NCBI GenBank assembly: GCA_963707215.1
Contig: CAVPPB010000001.1
Location: 704,001-768,000 of the forward strand
Length of the DNA stretch: 64,000 bases
Direction of reading: 5' to 3'
DNA from: an uncultured Chloroflexia bacterium
GTDB taxonomy: Bacteria; Chloroflexota; Limnocylindria; Limnocylindrales; CSP1-4
The notes under the pieces are model-generated. The model was not told the origin of the DNA and ran no database searches. It saw nothing but the letters and a program-made list of their open reading frames with translations. Numbering within the stretch: position 1 is the stretch's first letter; the number at the start of each line of letters is the position of its first letter. This document shows positions 1-10,209 of the stretch, piece after piece. A program made the position numbers and the translations under genes.

Positions 1-108
1 GTCGGATGCGACGACATTCACGTATCGGCGGTGTATCGGCCGACACGGGTCGACGCCGGAAGCGAGTAGGACGAAGGGGGCCATCGAGGTGATCTGGAGG
101 ACGCGGTC

Positions 109-915
109 GTGACCATCTCCGCCGGGCTCATCGGGTACGGGGCGGTCGGCAGCTCGGTCGCCAGGATGATCGGCGACGGTCTGGCCGGCCCGGCATCGCT
201 CATCGCGGTCCTGGTCCGCCAGCCCGACCGATATGCGGACGATGCCGGCCGCCTCGGGATCCCCTTCACCGCCCGGACGCAGGACGTCATCGATCTCGCC
301 CCTGACGTGGTGCTCGAGTCCGGGGGGCACTCCGCCTTCCGGCAGCACGTCCCGACGCTGCTGGCCGCCGGGATCGACGTCATCTCGATCAGCGTGGGCG
401 CCCTGGCCGATCCCACCCTGCTGGCCGAGACGCAGGCGGCTGCCGAGCGTGGCGGCGGCCGGTTGCGGATCCCATCAGGCGCCATCGCGGCGCTCGACGC
501 CATCTCGGCAGCCGCCGTCGGCCGCATCGACCGGGTCGTCCACACCGTCCGCAAGCCGCCCCCCACCCTGCTCGACGGCGAGGAGGGCCAGGCGGTCCTC
601 CGCTCCGGGGTCGAGCGCGTCCTCTACGACGGGCCGGCGCGTGAGGCCACCCAGCTGTTCCCGGCCAACGTCAACGTCATCGCCGCGGTCAGCCTGGCCG
701 GGATCGGCCTCGACCGCACCGAGGCGCGGGTCATCGCCGATCCGGCGGTGGTCCACAACACCCACGACGTAGAGGTCGAGGGTGACTTCGGACGACTGCG
801 CTTCCGGATCGAGAACGTACCCTCGGTCGAGAACCCGAAGACCGGCCGGATCGTGCCCCTGAGCCTGGTCCGATCGCTTCGGGCCCTGAGCGAGCCGATC
901 GTCGTCGGAGGCTGA
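109..915 (+). CDS. nadX: L-aspartate dehydrogenase
   Basis: GLIGYGAVG Rossmann motif, SGAIAALD, FPANVNV, HNTH and ENPKT motifs; GTG start with GGAGG at 96-100. Confidence 0.85.
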   Translation: MTISAGLIGYGAVGSSVARMIGDGLAGPASLIAVLVRQPDRYADDAGRLGIPFTARTQDVIDLAPDVVLESGGHSAFRQHVPTLLAAGIDVISISVGALADPTLLAETQAAAERGGGRLRIPSGAIAALDAISAAAVGRIDRVVHTVRKPPPTLLDGEEGQAVLRSGVERVLYDGPAREATQLFPANVNVIAAVSLAGIGLDRTEARVIADPAVVHNTHDVEVEGDFGRLRFRIENVPSVENPKTGRIVPLSLVRSLRALSEPIVVGG

Positions 916-966
916 CCGGGCCCGATGCCGGGCTCGCGGCCTCGGACGCGAGCCGACGGCGATCCG

Positions 967-2010
967 TCAGCCGAGCCCGGATCCCGCATCCCCCGTCGCC
1001 AGGTTGACGACATCCTTCAGCAGGGCGAGCGCCGCGCCGCGCGGGCTCGATCGGCCGCCGCTGACCACGATCCGGCCCGCCTGGCCGCAGTCGAACTCGA
1101 CGGCCTTCTCGGCGCCGGGCAGATGGTGGAGGGCATCGCCCTCTGCGACGGCCTCGAGGCCGACGGTCATGGTGCCGACGTCGATGCTGGCGGTCGCGAC
1201 CTGGCGCAGGGCACGGCCCCCCCGGGCCGCCTGCCGGGCAAGCGTTGCGGTCTCGGCGGTGATGGGTCCGGTCTCGACGTCCGCGATGGTGGCGGCCCGT
1301 CCCCAGGTCAGGTTGGCAAGGATGACGAGCTTGGACGCCGCGTCCGAGCCGTCGAGATCCCCGGACGGCTCCGGCTCGGCGATCCCGGCCGCGACGGCGT
1401 CGGCGAGGACCGCGTCGAGCGACTCGCCGATGGCCAGCTCGTTAAGGACATGGTTGCTCGTCCCGTTGAGCGAGGCCCGGATGGCGACGCAGCCGAGGGC
1501 CCGGATGCCCCGCCTGCCAAGGTCTCCGGCCGGCAGCGCCGCCCCGGTGGCCCCCGACACGCGGATCGCCCGGCCGGCCGTGTGGGCCGCCTTGTCGAGC
1601 TCGGCCCATCGGGTGACCAGGTGGGACTTGGTCGCGGTCACGACATGGGCTCCCGCGTCGAGAGCGGCAAGGACCTGATCGAAGGCAGCTGTCGATCCGG
1701 GCTGGTCGCCGGGGACGGCCTGGACGACGATGCCGGGCCGAGCGTCGGCCAGGAGGGCGGCAAGGTCGACGGCGGGCCTCCAGTCGGGCTCAGGGCCGGA
1801 TGCCGGCTCGCGGTCCGGACGTTCAGCCAGGTGGGCAGCCCCCGATCTCGGGGAACCCGGGCGCGCCTGGGTCCGCGAGCGACGGATGGCGACGATCCGG
1901 GGCTCGATGCCGTACCGGCGGCGCAGCTCAGGCCCCGCCCCGGCCACCACGTCGCCGAAGGCACGGCCGACGCCACCCCAGCCGAGGAGCACGATCGGCA
2001 CGTCCTGCAT
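967..2010 (-). CDS. Homoserine dehydrogenase family protein
   Basis: LLGWGGVG, HVVTATK, LNGTSN, GIAEPEPSGDLDGSDAASKLVILAN; start set at MQDVP, which has TATCGT 6 nt upstream. Confidence 0.8.
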   Translation of the reverse strand: MQDVPIVLLGWGGVGRAFGDVVAGAGPELRRRYGIEPRIVAIRRSRTQARPGSPRSGAAHLAERPDREPASGPEPDWRPAVDLAALLADARPGIVVQAVPGDQPGSTAAFDQVLAALDAGAHVVTATKSHLVTRWAELDKAAHTAGRAIRVSGATGAALPAGDLGRRGIRALGCVAIRASLNGTSNHVLNELAIGESLDAVLADAVAAGIAEPEPSGDLDGSDAASKLVILANLTWGRAATIADVETGPITAETATLARQAARGGRALRQVATASIDVGTMTVGLEAVAEGDALHHLPGAEKAVEFDCGQAGRIVVSGGRSSPRGAALALLKDVVNLATGDAGSGLG

Positions 2011-2084
2011 GGCCCGACGATACCGCGGAGAACGGGAGGGTGCGGACGGACCGCCACCGGCGTGGCAAAGATCCCGAGATCCGC

Positions 2085-2114
2085 TTGACATGTGACTGTT
2101 CAGTCACCTATTGT
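2085..2114 (+). promoter_or_regulatory. Sigma70-type promoter with palindromic operator (probable ArsR autoregulatory site)
   Basis: TTGACA 2085-2090, 18-nt spacer, TATTGT 2109-2114, ATG 6 nt later; perfect inverted repeat GTGACTG-tt-CAGTCAC at 2092-2107 between the boxes. Confidence 0.75.
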
Positions 2115-2120
2115 CGGGCC

Positions 2121-2882
2121 ATGGACGGGTCGGCGCCGGTCTTCAAGGCCCTGGGGGATCCCAGCCGGCGGCTCCTGCTCGACCGGCTCTTCGAGCGCGA
2201 TGGCCAGACGCTCGGCGAGCTTTGCGAGCACCTGCCGGGAATGACCCGCTTCGGCGTCATGCGCCATCTCGGGGTCCTGGCGGCAGCGGACCTGGTGACG
2301 ACGCAGCGGGTGGGTCGCGAGAAGCGGCACTACCTCAACCCGGTCCCGATCCGCCTGGTCCACGACCGCTGGATCAGCAAGTACGCCGAGCCGGTCGTCG
2401 GGTCGATGGCCGCGCTCAAGCAGCACCTGGAGGAGCCAACGATGGACCGCCCGGAGCATGTCTACAGCATCTACGTCAAGGCACCCCCGGAACGGATCTG
2501 GCGGGCCATCGTCGACGGCGACGAGACCGTTCGCTACTACTACGGGACCAGGGTGGCCTCGGACTGGACGGTCGGCGCCCCGGTCGTCTACACCTACCCC
2601 GATGGGTCGGTGGCGGCCGACGGCGAGGTCCTGGCGATCGAGCCCGGGACGAGCGTGACGTTGACCTTCCACGCCCACTGGGACCCCGACATCGAGGCCG
2701 AGGGTCCGGTCACGATGTCCTGGGCGGTGGCCGCGGAGGGCGACCTGACCCGATTGACCGTGACGACGGCGGACCTGCGCCCCGGCTCGCGGATGGACGA
2801 GGAGTTCCGGGGCGGCATCGCCTACATCATCTCGGGGCTCAAGACCTTCGTCGAGACGGGCGCACCGCTGGCTGCCGGGTAG
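2121..2882 (+). CDS. ArsR/SmtB HTH regulator fused to SRPBCC (Aha1-like) domain
   Basis: VFKALGDPSRRLLLDRL...MTRFGVMRHLGVL...GREKRHYLNPVPI, followed by VYSIYVKAPPERIWRAI...ISGLKTFVETG. Confidence 0.88.
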   Translation: MDGSAPVFKALGDPSRRLLLDRLFERDGQTLGELCEHLPGMTRFGVMRHLGVLAAADLVTTQRVGREKRHYLNPVPIRLVHDRWISKYAEPVVGSMAALKQHLEEPTMDRPEHVYSIYVKAPPERIWRAIVDGDETVRYYYGTRVASDWTVGAPVVYTYPDGSVAADGEVLAIEPGTSVTLTFHAHWDPDIEAEGPVTMSWAVAAEGDLTRLTVTTADLRPGSRMDEEFRGGIAYIISGLKTFVETGAPLAAG

Positions 2883-2940
2883 GGCCGGCGCAGCGACGGC
2901 ACCGGTCCCGGTCGGGACCGGAGAGCCGGGCACTCGACCC

Positions 2941-2968
2941 GATGCGAGTATGCCCAGGGTCGACTGAC
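2941..2968 (-). repeat. Dispersed intergenic motif, copy 1 (CTGGGCATAsnCGCAT family)
   Basis: Reverse complement GTCAGTCGACCCTGGGCATACTCGCATC matches copies at 5546, 9063, 43031 and 61070. Confidence 0.7.
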
Positions 2969-3020
2969 GGGCGCGGGCAGATCCGCGTCCGTCATGCTCG
3001 CCGGGGCATGAGACGCAGCC

Positions 3021-5479
3021 TCAGGAGCGGACCCGCTCCCCCTTCGGGTCGTAGAGCGGCCGCAGCGACGGCGTCGCGGCGAAGCGCTCGTTGGCGATCT
3101 CCAGCTCGTACGAGCCGCCAAGGATCCACTCCGGGGTCGCCGCACCCGGCGCGCGCTGCATCGACGTAGCCGAGGGCGATCGCCCGACCGAGCGTGTGCC
3201 CGTACCAGCCCGAGCTCGTCTTGCCGACGAGCACGCCGTCGCGCCAGATCGGCTCGTTGCCGTAGACGAGCGGGCCGGGGTCGTCGAGCGAGAAGACGAC
3301 GAGTCGACGCCGCAGCCCGGCGTCGCGGAGCCGCAGCAGCGCATCGCGGCCGATGAAGCCGCCCGGCTTGTCCCAGGCCACCGCGAAGCCGAGGCCGCTC
3401 TCGAGGGGCGTGTCCTCGTCGGCGATGTCGTAGCCCCAGAACCGGTAGGCCTTCTCGATCCGCAGCGAGTTGAGGGCGTGGTACCCGGCATGCCGCAGGC
3501 CCAGGCCCTCCGACGCCGCGATCAGCTCGTCGTAGACGTGCTGGGCCTGGTCGGTCGGCACGTGGAGCTCCCAGCCGAGCTCGCCCATGTAGGTCACCCG
3601 GAAGGCGCGCGGCCAGGCCGAGCCCGACCTCGATCTCCTGTGTCGTCATGTACGGGAAGGCCTCGTTGGAGAAGTCGGCCGGCGAGATCCGCGTCAGCAG
3701 CTCGCGAGACCCGGGACCCTGGACGTTGAGGACCGCCCAGGCCGCCGTGACGTCGGTGGCGATGCAGCGGGCCTCGGGCGGGATGTGGCGCTCCACCCAC
3801 TCCAGGTCGCGGAACTGGTCGGCGGCCGCGCTGACGACCATGAAGCGGGTCTCGTCGAGGCGGGTGACGGTCACGTCGCCCTCGATCCCGCCGCGCTCGT
3901 TGAGCCACTGCGTGTAGACGACCCGGCCCGGCTCGACCGCGACGTCGTTGGCGGAGATGCGGTCCAGGACCGCCTCGGCGTCGGGTCCCTGGACGAGGAG
4001 CTTGCCGAAGGAGCTCTGGTCGAACACGCCGACGGCCTCGCGGACCGCCCGGTGCTCCTCGGCCGAGGCGTCGAACCAGTTCTGGCGCCCGTAGCTGTAC
4101 TCGTAGACCGGCTCCATGCCCCGCGTGGCGAACCAGTTGGCGCGTTCCCAGCCGGCCGTCTCGCCGAAGCAGGCCCCGGCGGCCGTGAGCCGGTCGTGGA
4201 GGGCGCTCTTGCGGACGCCCCGGGCCGTCTCGACCTGGCGGAACGGCCAGTGCATGTCGTAGAGCAGGCCCAGGACCTCGGTCGTCCGCTCTCGGAGGTA
4301 GCGCCGGTTCACCTGGAACGGCATGAACCGCCGGATGTCCACCTCGGAGAGGTCCATCGGCGGATGGCCATCGACGATCCAGTCGGCGACCGCCCGACCG
4401 GCCCCGCGGACCCGACTGGAAGCCGACCGAGTTGAAGCCGGCTGCCACGAAGTAGCCGGCCAGGCCCGGCGCCTCGCCCAGGATGTAGCGGTCGTCGGGG
4501 GTGAAGCTCTCCGGGCCGTTGAAGAAGAGCTTGATGCCGATGTCGTTGAGCAGCGGCAGCCGGCGAGCAGCCATCTCGATGAACGGCGCGAGGTGGTCCC
4601 AGTCCTCGGGCAGCGTCCCGAAGGCGAAGTCCTCCGGGATCCCGTCCATCCCCCACGGCTTGGCGCCGGGCTCGAAGAAGCCGACCATGATCTTGCCGGT
4701 GTCCTCGCGGATGTAGGCGGTGTCGTCGGGGCAGCGCAGGACCGGCAGGTCGGGCTGGAGGCCCTCGACCGGCTCGGTGATCAGGTAGAAGTGCTCGGCG
4801 GCGTGGAGCGGGATGCGCACGCCGTTCTTCGCGCCCAGCTCGCGGGCCCACATCCCGGCGCAGTTGACGACGACCTCGCAGCCGATGTCACCGGCCTCGG
4901 TCCGGACGCCGGTCACCCGGCCGTCCTTCGTCAGGACGTCGGTGACCTTGGTGTGCTCGAAGATCTGCCCGCCGCGCAGACGGAAGGCCTTGGCGATCGC
5001 CTCGGTGGCGTCGGTCGGGTTGGCGATCCCGTCGGCCGGCAGGTAGGCGGCCCCGACGATGTCCGACTCGTCCATCAGCGGCCACATCCGCTTGGCCTCG
5101 GCCGCGTCGATGACCTCGACGTCGAAGCCGCAGACCCTGCCCATGGAGATGCCCGCGCTGGATCTCGGTCCAGCGCTCCTCGGTCCGGGCCACCAGGATG
5201 GAGCCGGTCGGTCCGGAAGCCGGTGGAGAGGCCGGTCTCGGCCTCGACGGCCCGGAAGCACTCCTCCGCGTAGGCGGCCAGGATGGTCATGTTGTAGGTG
5301 GCCCGGAGCTTGGTCACCAGGCCGGCCGCGTGCCAGGTGGTGCCGCTGGTGAGCTGCTTGCGCTCGAGGAGCACGATGTCGGTCCAGCCTCGCTTGGCCA
5401 GGTGGTAGGCGACGCTGACGCCGACGATCCCGCCGCCGATGACGACGACGCGGGCGTGGGTGGGAAGCTGGGTGGTCAT
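3021..5479 (-). CDS. GcvT-family FAD-dependent oxidoreductase (dimethylglycine/sarcosine dehydrogenase-like), frameshifted in this assembly
   Basis: VVVIGGGIVG, SGTTWHAAG, NGPESFTPD, GWERANWF, TYMGELGWELHVP, SLRIEKAY and PLYDPKGERVRS are spread over five ORFs in different frames (shifts near 5200, 5160, 4410, 3610, 3150). Confidence 0.85.
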
Positions 5480-5545
5480 CGGGCTCCTCGCGGCAGGCTG
5501 CGGGCGCCTCGCGGGTATAGCCCGGCGGGAGGCGCTCGGTGCGCT

Positions 5546-5570
5546 ATTCGACTCTGGGCATAGTCGCATC
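5546..5570 (+). repeat. Dispersed intergenic motif, copy 2
   Basis: ATTCGACTCTGGGCATAGTCGCATC, followed by a duplicated GCGGTCCGGCTCGGCC. Confidence 0.7.
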
Positions 5571-5653
5571 GCGATCGAGCCGGCCGGCGGTCCGGCTCGG
5601 CCAGCGGTCCGGCTCGGCCGGACGTGCGACCGAGCCCATCGATGGCGGTGCGG

Positions 5654-7117
5654 CTACTGCTTGACCTTGGCGATGTCGATGCTGATCTGCTTGATCTCGG
5701 TGACCTCGCTGAACATCCAGTCGGAGAGCTCGCGGCCGAGGCCGCTCTTCTTCATCCCACCGAACGGCGCCAGCTGGTCCCAGTAGTTGTTCGACTCGTT
5801 GATGAGGACCGTGCCGCACTTGATGCCCTCGCCGAGCAGGAAGGCGGTCCTGAGGTTGCTGGTGAACGCCGCCCCCTGGAGGCCGTACATCGTCTCGTTG
5901 GCGATCTCGATCGCCTCGTCGACCGAGCCGAAGGTCATGATCGGCGCGACCGGTCCGAAGGTCTCCTCGCGGGCCATCAGGAAGTCCGAGGTCACGCCGT
6001 CGACGATGGTCGGCTCGTAGTAGAGGCCATCGTTTCCGCCACCGATCAGGAACTTGCCACCGCGGGTCCGGGCGTCGTCGATGTGCGCCTGGACCTTGGC
6101 CGCGTTGGCGGCGTTGTTGAGGGGGCCCATGTCGGTCGCCTCGTCGAGCGGGTCCCCGACCTTGATCTGCTTCGTTCGGGCGAGGAGCTTCTCGACGAAC
6201 TCGTCGTGGACGGCCTCGTGGACCAGGATCCGCTCCGACGCGGTGCAGACCTGACCGGCCAGGTAGAAGCAGCCCGTGATCGTCGCCTCCACGGCGGCGT
6301 CGAGGTTGGCGTCGTCCATGACCACGAGCGGCCCGTTCCCGCCCAGCTCCAGGAGCAGCCGCTTGATGCCGGCGATCGAGGTGATGTACTCGCCGGTCTC
6401 GACCTCGCCAGTGAAGCCGATCGCGTTCGTGCCGGGGTTGCGGACCAGCTCCGCCCCGACGGTCGTACCGGGACCGGTGATGACGCTGATGCTGCCGGGC
6501 GGGAAGCCGGCCTCCTCGTAGATCTCGGCCACGGCGATCGCGCTGAACGGGGTCGTCGAGGCGGGCTTGAGGATGACCGCGTTGCCGGCTGCGAGGGCGT
6601 GACTGGCGGTGATGTTCGGGATGTCGGCCGGCCAGTTCCAGGGCGAGATGACGCCGACGACACCGACGGGCTCGTGGGTGATGAGGATCCGCTTGTCGAG
6701 CGAGTCCTCCTGGGTCGACGGGTTGACGAGCCCGCGAAGGCGCTTGAGTCCCTCGCCGGCCTCGACATAGTGCGGGTTGCAGTACGTCGAGATCTCGTCA
6801 CGGGCCTCGCGGATCGTCTTGCCGACCTCGCGGCAGAGCATCACCGCGTCATCCTCGGCTCGGCGATCGGCGATCTGCGACGCGCGCCACATCAGCTCGG
6901 CCCGTGCCTTGACCGACATCTTGGCGAGGACCTTCTGCGCCTCGTGGGCGGCGTCGATGGCGCGCTGGACGTCGGCTTCGGTGCAGCGGGGGACGGTGCC
7001 GATCAGGCTCCCGTCACCGGGTGAGTGGACCTCGAAGCGCTCGCCGCTCTCCGACTCGACCCACTGGCCGGCGATCAGGACCTTCTTCTCGACCGCCCGC
7101 TGGACTGCGACTGCCAT
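5654..7117 (-). CDS. NAD(P)-dependent aldehyde dehydrogenase
   Basis: ISPWNWP, LKPAS, FTGE, LELGGN, GQVCT, EETFGP, PFGGMKKSG. Confidence 0.92.
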   Translation of the reverse strand: MAVAVQRAVEKKVLIAGQWVESESGERFEVHSPGDGSLIGTVPRCTEADVQRAIDAAHEAQKVLAKMSVKARAELMWRASQIADRRAEDDAVMLCREVGKTIREARDEISTYCNPHYVEAGEGLKRLRGLVNPSTQEDSLDKRILITHEPVGVVGVISPWNWPADIPNITASHALAAGNAVILKPASTTPFSAIAVAEIYEEAGFPPGSISVITGPGTTVGAELVRNPGTNAIGFTGEVETGEYITSIAGIKRLLLELGGNGPLVVMDDANLDAAVEATITGCFYLAGQVCTASERILVHEAVHDEFVEKLLARTKQIKVGDPLDEATDMGPLNNAANAAKVQAHIDDARTRGGKFLIGGGNDGLYYEPTIVDGVTSDFLMAREETFGPVAPIMTFGSVDEAIEIANETMYGLQGAAFTSNLRTAFLLGEGIKCGTVLINESNNYWDQLAPFGGMKKSGLGRELSDWMFSEVTEIKQISIDIAKVKQ

Positions 7118-7178
7118 GTTCCACTCCTGTGGGACCCGGGGCGCCCCGCGAGAGGCGCCCCGGGAGAGGTTTCGGCGA

Positions 7179-8660
7179 CTAGGTGACGGTCGCGCCCGGA
7201 GCGGCGTCGGCGGCCGCCGGGGCCTCCGTGTAGCCGCCCTTCTTCATGGGGATGGACACGAACCGGGTGAGGATCCAGTAGACGAGGCCACCGACGATGA
7301 CCGTCGGGATGGACGCGCTGATCCACTGGAATACGACGACGTCGTTGATGATGAGGCGGTTCTCGTAGGTGATCGGGTCCAGCAGGAACCAGTAGAAGAG
7401 CATGCCGACCGCGGTCGCCACGAACCCGGCGATGTTGAAGCCGCCCCAGAAGAAGTAGCGCCCCCGCGACGAGTAGTCGTACAGGGATGGGACGTGCAGC
7501 CTCTGCTTCCGGAAGAGGTAGTAGTCGACGATCTGGATCCCGCAGATCGGCGCGAAGACGAGTCCGAGCGCGTACATGAACGACAGGATGTTGTCCATGA
7601 ACACGTCGGAGAAGAACGCGGCGATGAGCGCGACCGGGCCGAGGACGAAGAGCGCCACGATCGGCCACTTGAGTCGGAACTGGAAGGCCGGAACCTGCTT
7701 GAGGCCGATCATCGTGGCGTAGACGCCGACGATGGCGGTCCCGACGTTCGCCAGACCGATGAAGATGACCGCCACCAGGCCCATCCAGAGGCCGGTGATC
7801 TGGACGAAGGAGATCGACGGGTCCGGCTCGCCGGTCGCCAGGCCGGCGTAGAGCCCGATGAGGCCGATGACGCCGGTGGCCAGGCCCAGGCAGATCATCG
7901 ACGGCAGGAGCGCCATGCTGACGCTCTTGCTCATCCGCATGATCCCGCCCATGTACGGCCACCACGACAGGACCGTGGCGACGAGGATCTCGAAGCCCAG
8001 GACGTAGTCGAGGTGGAGGTTGCCGGTGGCGTAGGCGGGCTCCCCGGCCGCGATGGTGTCCACGCCGGTCTGGGCGATGAGCTGGAACAGCACCACGCCG
8101 CCCGCGATCGCGACGGCCACGGCGATCCAGACCGAGTTGTTGCGGATCGAGTCCGCACCGCCGATGACCATGATGTAGGCGATGACGATCGTCGCAAGCG
8201 AGACGGCGATCGAGACGATCGACCACTGGTCCGCCGTGATGATCCCGCCCGCCTCGAGGACGCTGGCGGTCGCCCGGCCGAAGAGGATGATCAGGATGCA
8301 GTTCCAGCCGATGATCGAGGCGTACTGGACGAAGATCGCGAAGGCGGATCCCCGTGACCCGTACATCGGCTTGCTGGAGGCGATGGTGTCGATGCCGTAC
8401 TTGATGCTCACCGGCATCGCCGCGAGGGTCACGAAGTACATGCCCACGAGCGCCCCGGAGACCATCGCGATCGTCCCCAGGGCTGCGGTCAGGTACCAGG
8501 AGACGGCGCCACCGATCGAGTAGCTCCACGCGGCGATGCCGGCGGAGAGGGTCACGCCGAAGAGGCCGATGAGGCCCCAGTTCCGCTCCTTGGGGACGAC
8601 GGGCCAGCTGCCCTCGACGGCCGAGTGGATGGCCGTCATCTCGGTCTGACTAGCCGCCAT
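7179..8660 (-). CDS. NCS1 (purine-cytosine permease) family transporter
   Basis: About 12 hydrophobic segments; KYGIDTIASSKPMYGSRG, IGWNCI, IVDYYLFRKQ and GGFNIAG are typical of NCS1. Confidence 0.82.
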   Translation of the reverse strand: MAASQTEMTAIHSAVEGSWPVVPKERNWGLIGLFGVTLSAGIAAWSYSIGGAVSWYLTAALGTIAMVSGALVGMYFVTLAAMPVSIKYGIDTIASSKPMYGSRGSAFAIFVQYASIIGWNCILIILFGRATASVLEAGGIITADQWSIVSIAVSLATIVIAYIMVIGGADSIRNNSVWIAVAVAIAGGVVLFQLIAQTGVDTIAAGEPAYATGNLHLDYVLGFEILVATVLSWWPYMGGIMRMSKSVSMALLPSMICLGLATGVIGLIGLYAGLATGEPDPSISFVQITGLWMGLVAVIFIGLANVGTAIVGVYATMIGLKQVPAFQFRLKWPIVALFVLGPVALIAAFFSDVFMDNILSFMYALGLVFAPICGIQIVDYYLFRKQRLHVPSLYDYSSRGRYFFWGGFNIAGFVATAVGMLFYWFLLDPITYENRLIINDVVVFQWISASIPTVIVGGLVYWILTRFVSIPMKKGGYTEAPAAADAAPGATVT

Positions 8661-8832
8661 AGAGCACCCACCCTCCGACCATCAGGATCGCGGGGATCAC
8701 CAGGCCGACGGTCACCAGCAGGAGCTGATCACCCATCGTCGGCTCCGCACCCTCGTACTCCGGGTCACTGTCGACGAGCTGGAGGCGCTCCTGCAGCAAC
8801 TGCTGGAGCTCGGCTTCGTCCTGGGTGGCCAT
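8650..8832 (-). CDS. 60-aa single-TM microprotein overlapping the permease start
   Basis: MATQDEAELQQLLQERLQLVDSDPEYEGAEPTMGDQLLLVTVGLVIPAILMVGGWVLYGG; RBS AAGGGAGG; 11-bp overlap with the permease. Confidence 0.75.
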   Translation of the reverse strand: MATQDEAELQQLLQERLQLVDSDPEYEGAEPTMGDQLLLVTVGLVIPAILMVGGWVLYGG

Positions 8833-8970
8833 CGGTCCTCCCTTCTCCTCGGGACGCAGATAGCCGGCCGCGGCGCGGATTCGGACGGCACATCCCCCCC
8901 CTCTGGGCCGTCGCTGGGGTCGACTTGGGCAAGGTCGCCGTCGGCCGGGATGGACCCGGCCACCGTACTC

Positions 8971-8983
8971 CAATCGATGATTG
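8971..8983. promoter_or_regulatory. Candidate operator palindrome in divergent promoter region
   Basis: AT-rich CAATC-gat-GATTG in a GC-rich background, between the divergent microprotein/permease operon and the LLM gene. Confidence 0.45.
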
Positions 8984-9062
8984 ATTACCAGCCGTTCCGG
9001 AGTGCCTGGGAGGGCCGAAGGAGCGTTGCGCAGGGCTCGTCCGGATGGTCGTCGTCGGTAGG

Positions 9063-9080
9063 GTCCGGGCATACTCGCAT
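9063..9080 (+). repeat. Dispersed intergenic motif, copy 3
   Basis: GTCCGGGCATACTCGCAT. Confidence 0.6.
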
Positions 9081-9160
9081 GGGCGTCGAGGGCGCTCGCC
9101 GGGCCGGCCGGGACGGCCCCGCCAACAGGCTCGACAGGGATCGGGAGGACTGGGAAGCGA

Positions 9161-10177
9161 ATGGGACTCGGCTTCGGACTGCTCAGCGCTCAGCTTCGGC
9201 CGGGCGAGACCGACTGGACGCGCGCCTACGACGAGACGGTTCGGCTGGCGGTCGAGGCGGAGCGCCTCGGCTACGCCTCGGTCTGGACGACCGAGCACCA
9301 CTTCGTCGACGACGGCTACATGCCGTCGCTGCTCGTCGTCAGCGGGGCGATCGCGGCGGCCACCTCCCGGATCGACATAGCGACCGGCGTCATCCTCGCG
9401 CCGATGCACGACCCGATCCGGCTGGCCGAGGACGCAGCGACGGTCCAGCTCCTGAGCCGAGGGCGCCTGGTGCTCGGCCTGGGCCTGGGCTGGTCGGAGG
9501 TCGAGTTCGCCGGCCTCCGGGTCGACGTCCATCGACGCGGCGCGGCGATGGAGGAGATCCTGCGCATCCTCCCGGAGGCCTGGTCGGGCCAGCCGTTCCG
9601 CCACACGGGTGCGGTCTACGACCTGCCCGAGCTGGCGGTCCGACCGACCCCCGCGGACCGGATCCCGATCGTCATCGGCGGCGGCGCCGAGCGGGCCATC
9701 CGGCGGGCGGCCCGGCTCGCCGACGGCATCTTCGCCAACGTCCCCGACGACGAGTTCCTCCAGCAGGTCGCCTGGGTCCGCGACGAGTGCGAGGCCATCG
9801 GGCGCGACCCAGCCTCGTTCCGCTTCATCCAGTACTCGGTCATGCTGCCCGGCGCCTCTCGACAGGCGGCCCTGGAGCGGTACGTCGATCACGTCTGGAC
9901 GATGAGCTGGAAGTACGACGACATGGAGGAGTCGGCGACCCGGCCGGGCCCGCCGCCGGCACCGCCGCCACCCAGCCGCGAGGATCGCGATCTTCTCCGG
10001 GGTCGGTCCACGGTCGCGGGGACCGCCGAGGAGATCGTCGAGACCCTGCACGACATCCGCCAAAGGGCCGGGGTGCCGGTCGAGTTCGTGGCCCGGAGCT
10101 ACTTCCCCACCCTGCCCTACGACGACCAACTCGCCCTCATGCAGGAGCTGGCCGAGGGCGTCGCGCCGCACGTCTAG
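9161..10177 (+). CDS. LLM-class flavin-dependent oxidoreductase
   Basis: VWTTEHHF, PIRLAEDAATV, SRGRLVLGLGLGW, PIVIGG. Confidence 0.9.
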   Translation: MGLGFGLLSAQLRPGETDWTRAYDETVRLAVEAERLGYASVWTTEHHFVDDGYMPSLLVVSGAIAAATSRIDIATGVILAPMHDPIRLAEDAATVQLLSRGRLVLGLGLGWSEVEFAGLRVDVHRRGAAMEEILRILPEAWSGQPFRHTGAVYDLPELAVRPTPADRIPIVIGGGAERAIRRAARLADGIFANVPDDEFLQQVAWVRDECEAIGRDPASFRFIQYSVMLPGASRQAALERYVDHVWTMSWKYDDMEESATRPGPPPAPPPPSREDRDLLRGRSTVAGTAEEIVETLHDIRQRAGVPVEFVARSYFPTLPYDDQLALMQELAEGVAPHV

Positions 10178-10209
10178 GCGGGGCGGCTGCCTCGGCGACC
10201 CGTTCGGCT

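Noticed and set aside
1-69. C-terminal end of an upstream CDS (VGCDDIHVSAVYRPTRVDAGSE*)
   Set aside because: Too short to support or identify.
3021-5479. Programmed frameshifting or true pseudogenisation of the GcvT gene
   Set aside because: Several single-base indels in GC runs with no apparent sequence decay; the same pattern occurs in pckG and the MNT gene, so long-read consensus error is more likely. Read polishing would decide.
7135-7164. Intrinsic terminator between the permease and ALDH
   Set aside because: An 11-bp GC stem is present but there is no U-tract on the coding strand; more likely an intercistronic stabiliser.
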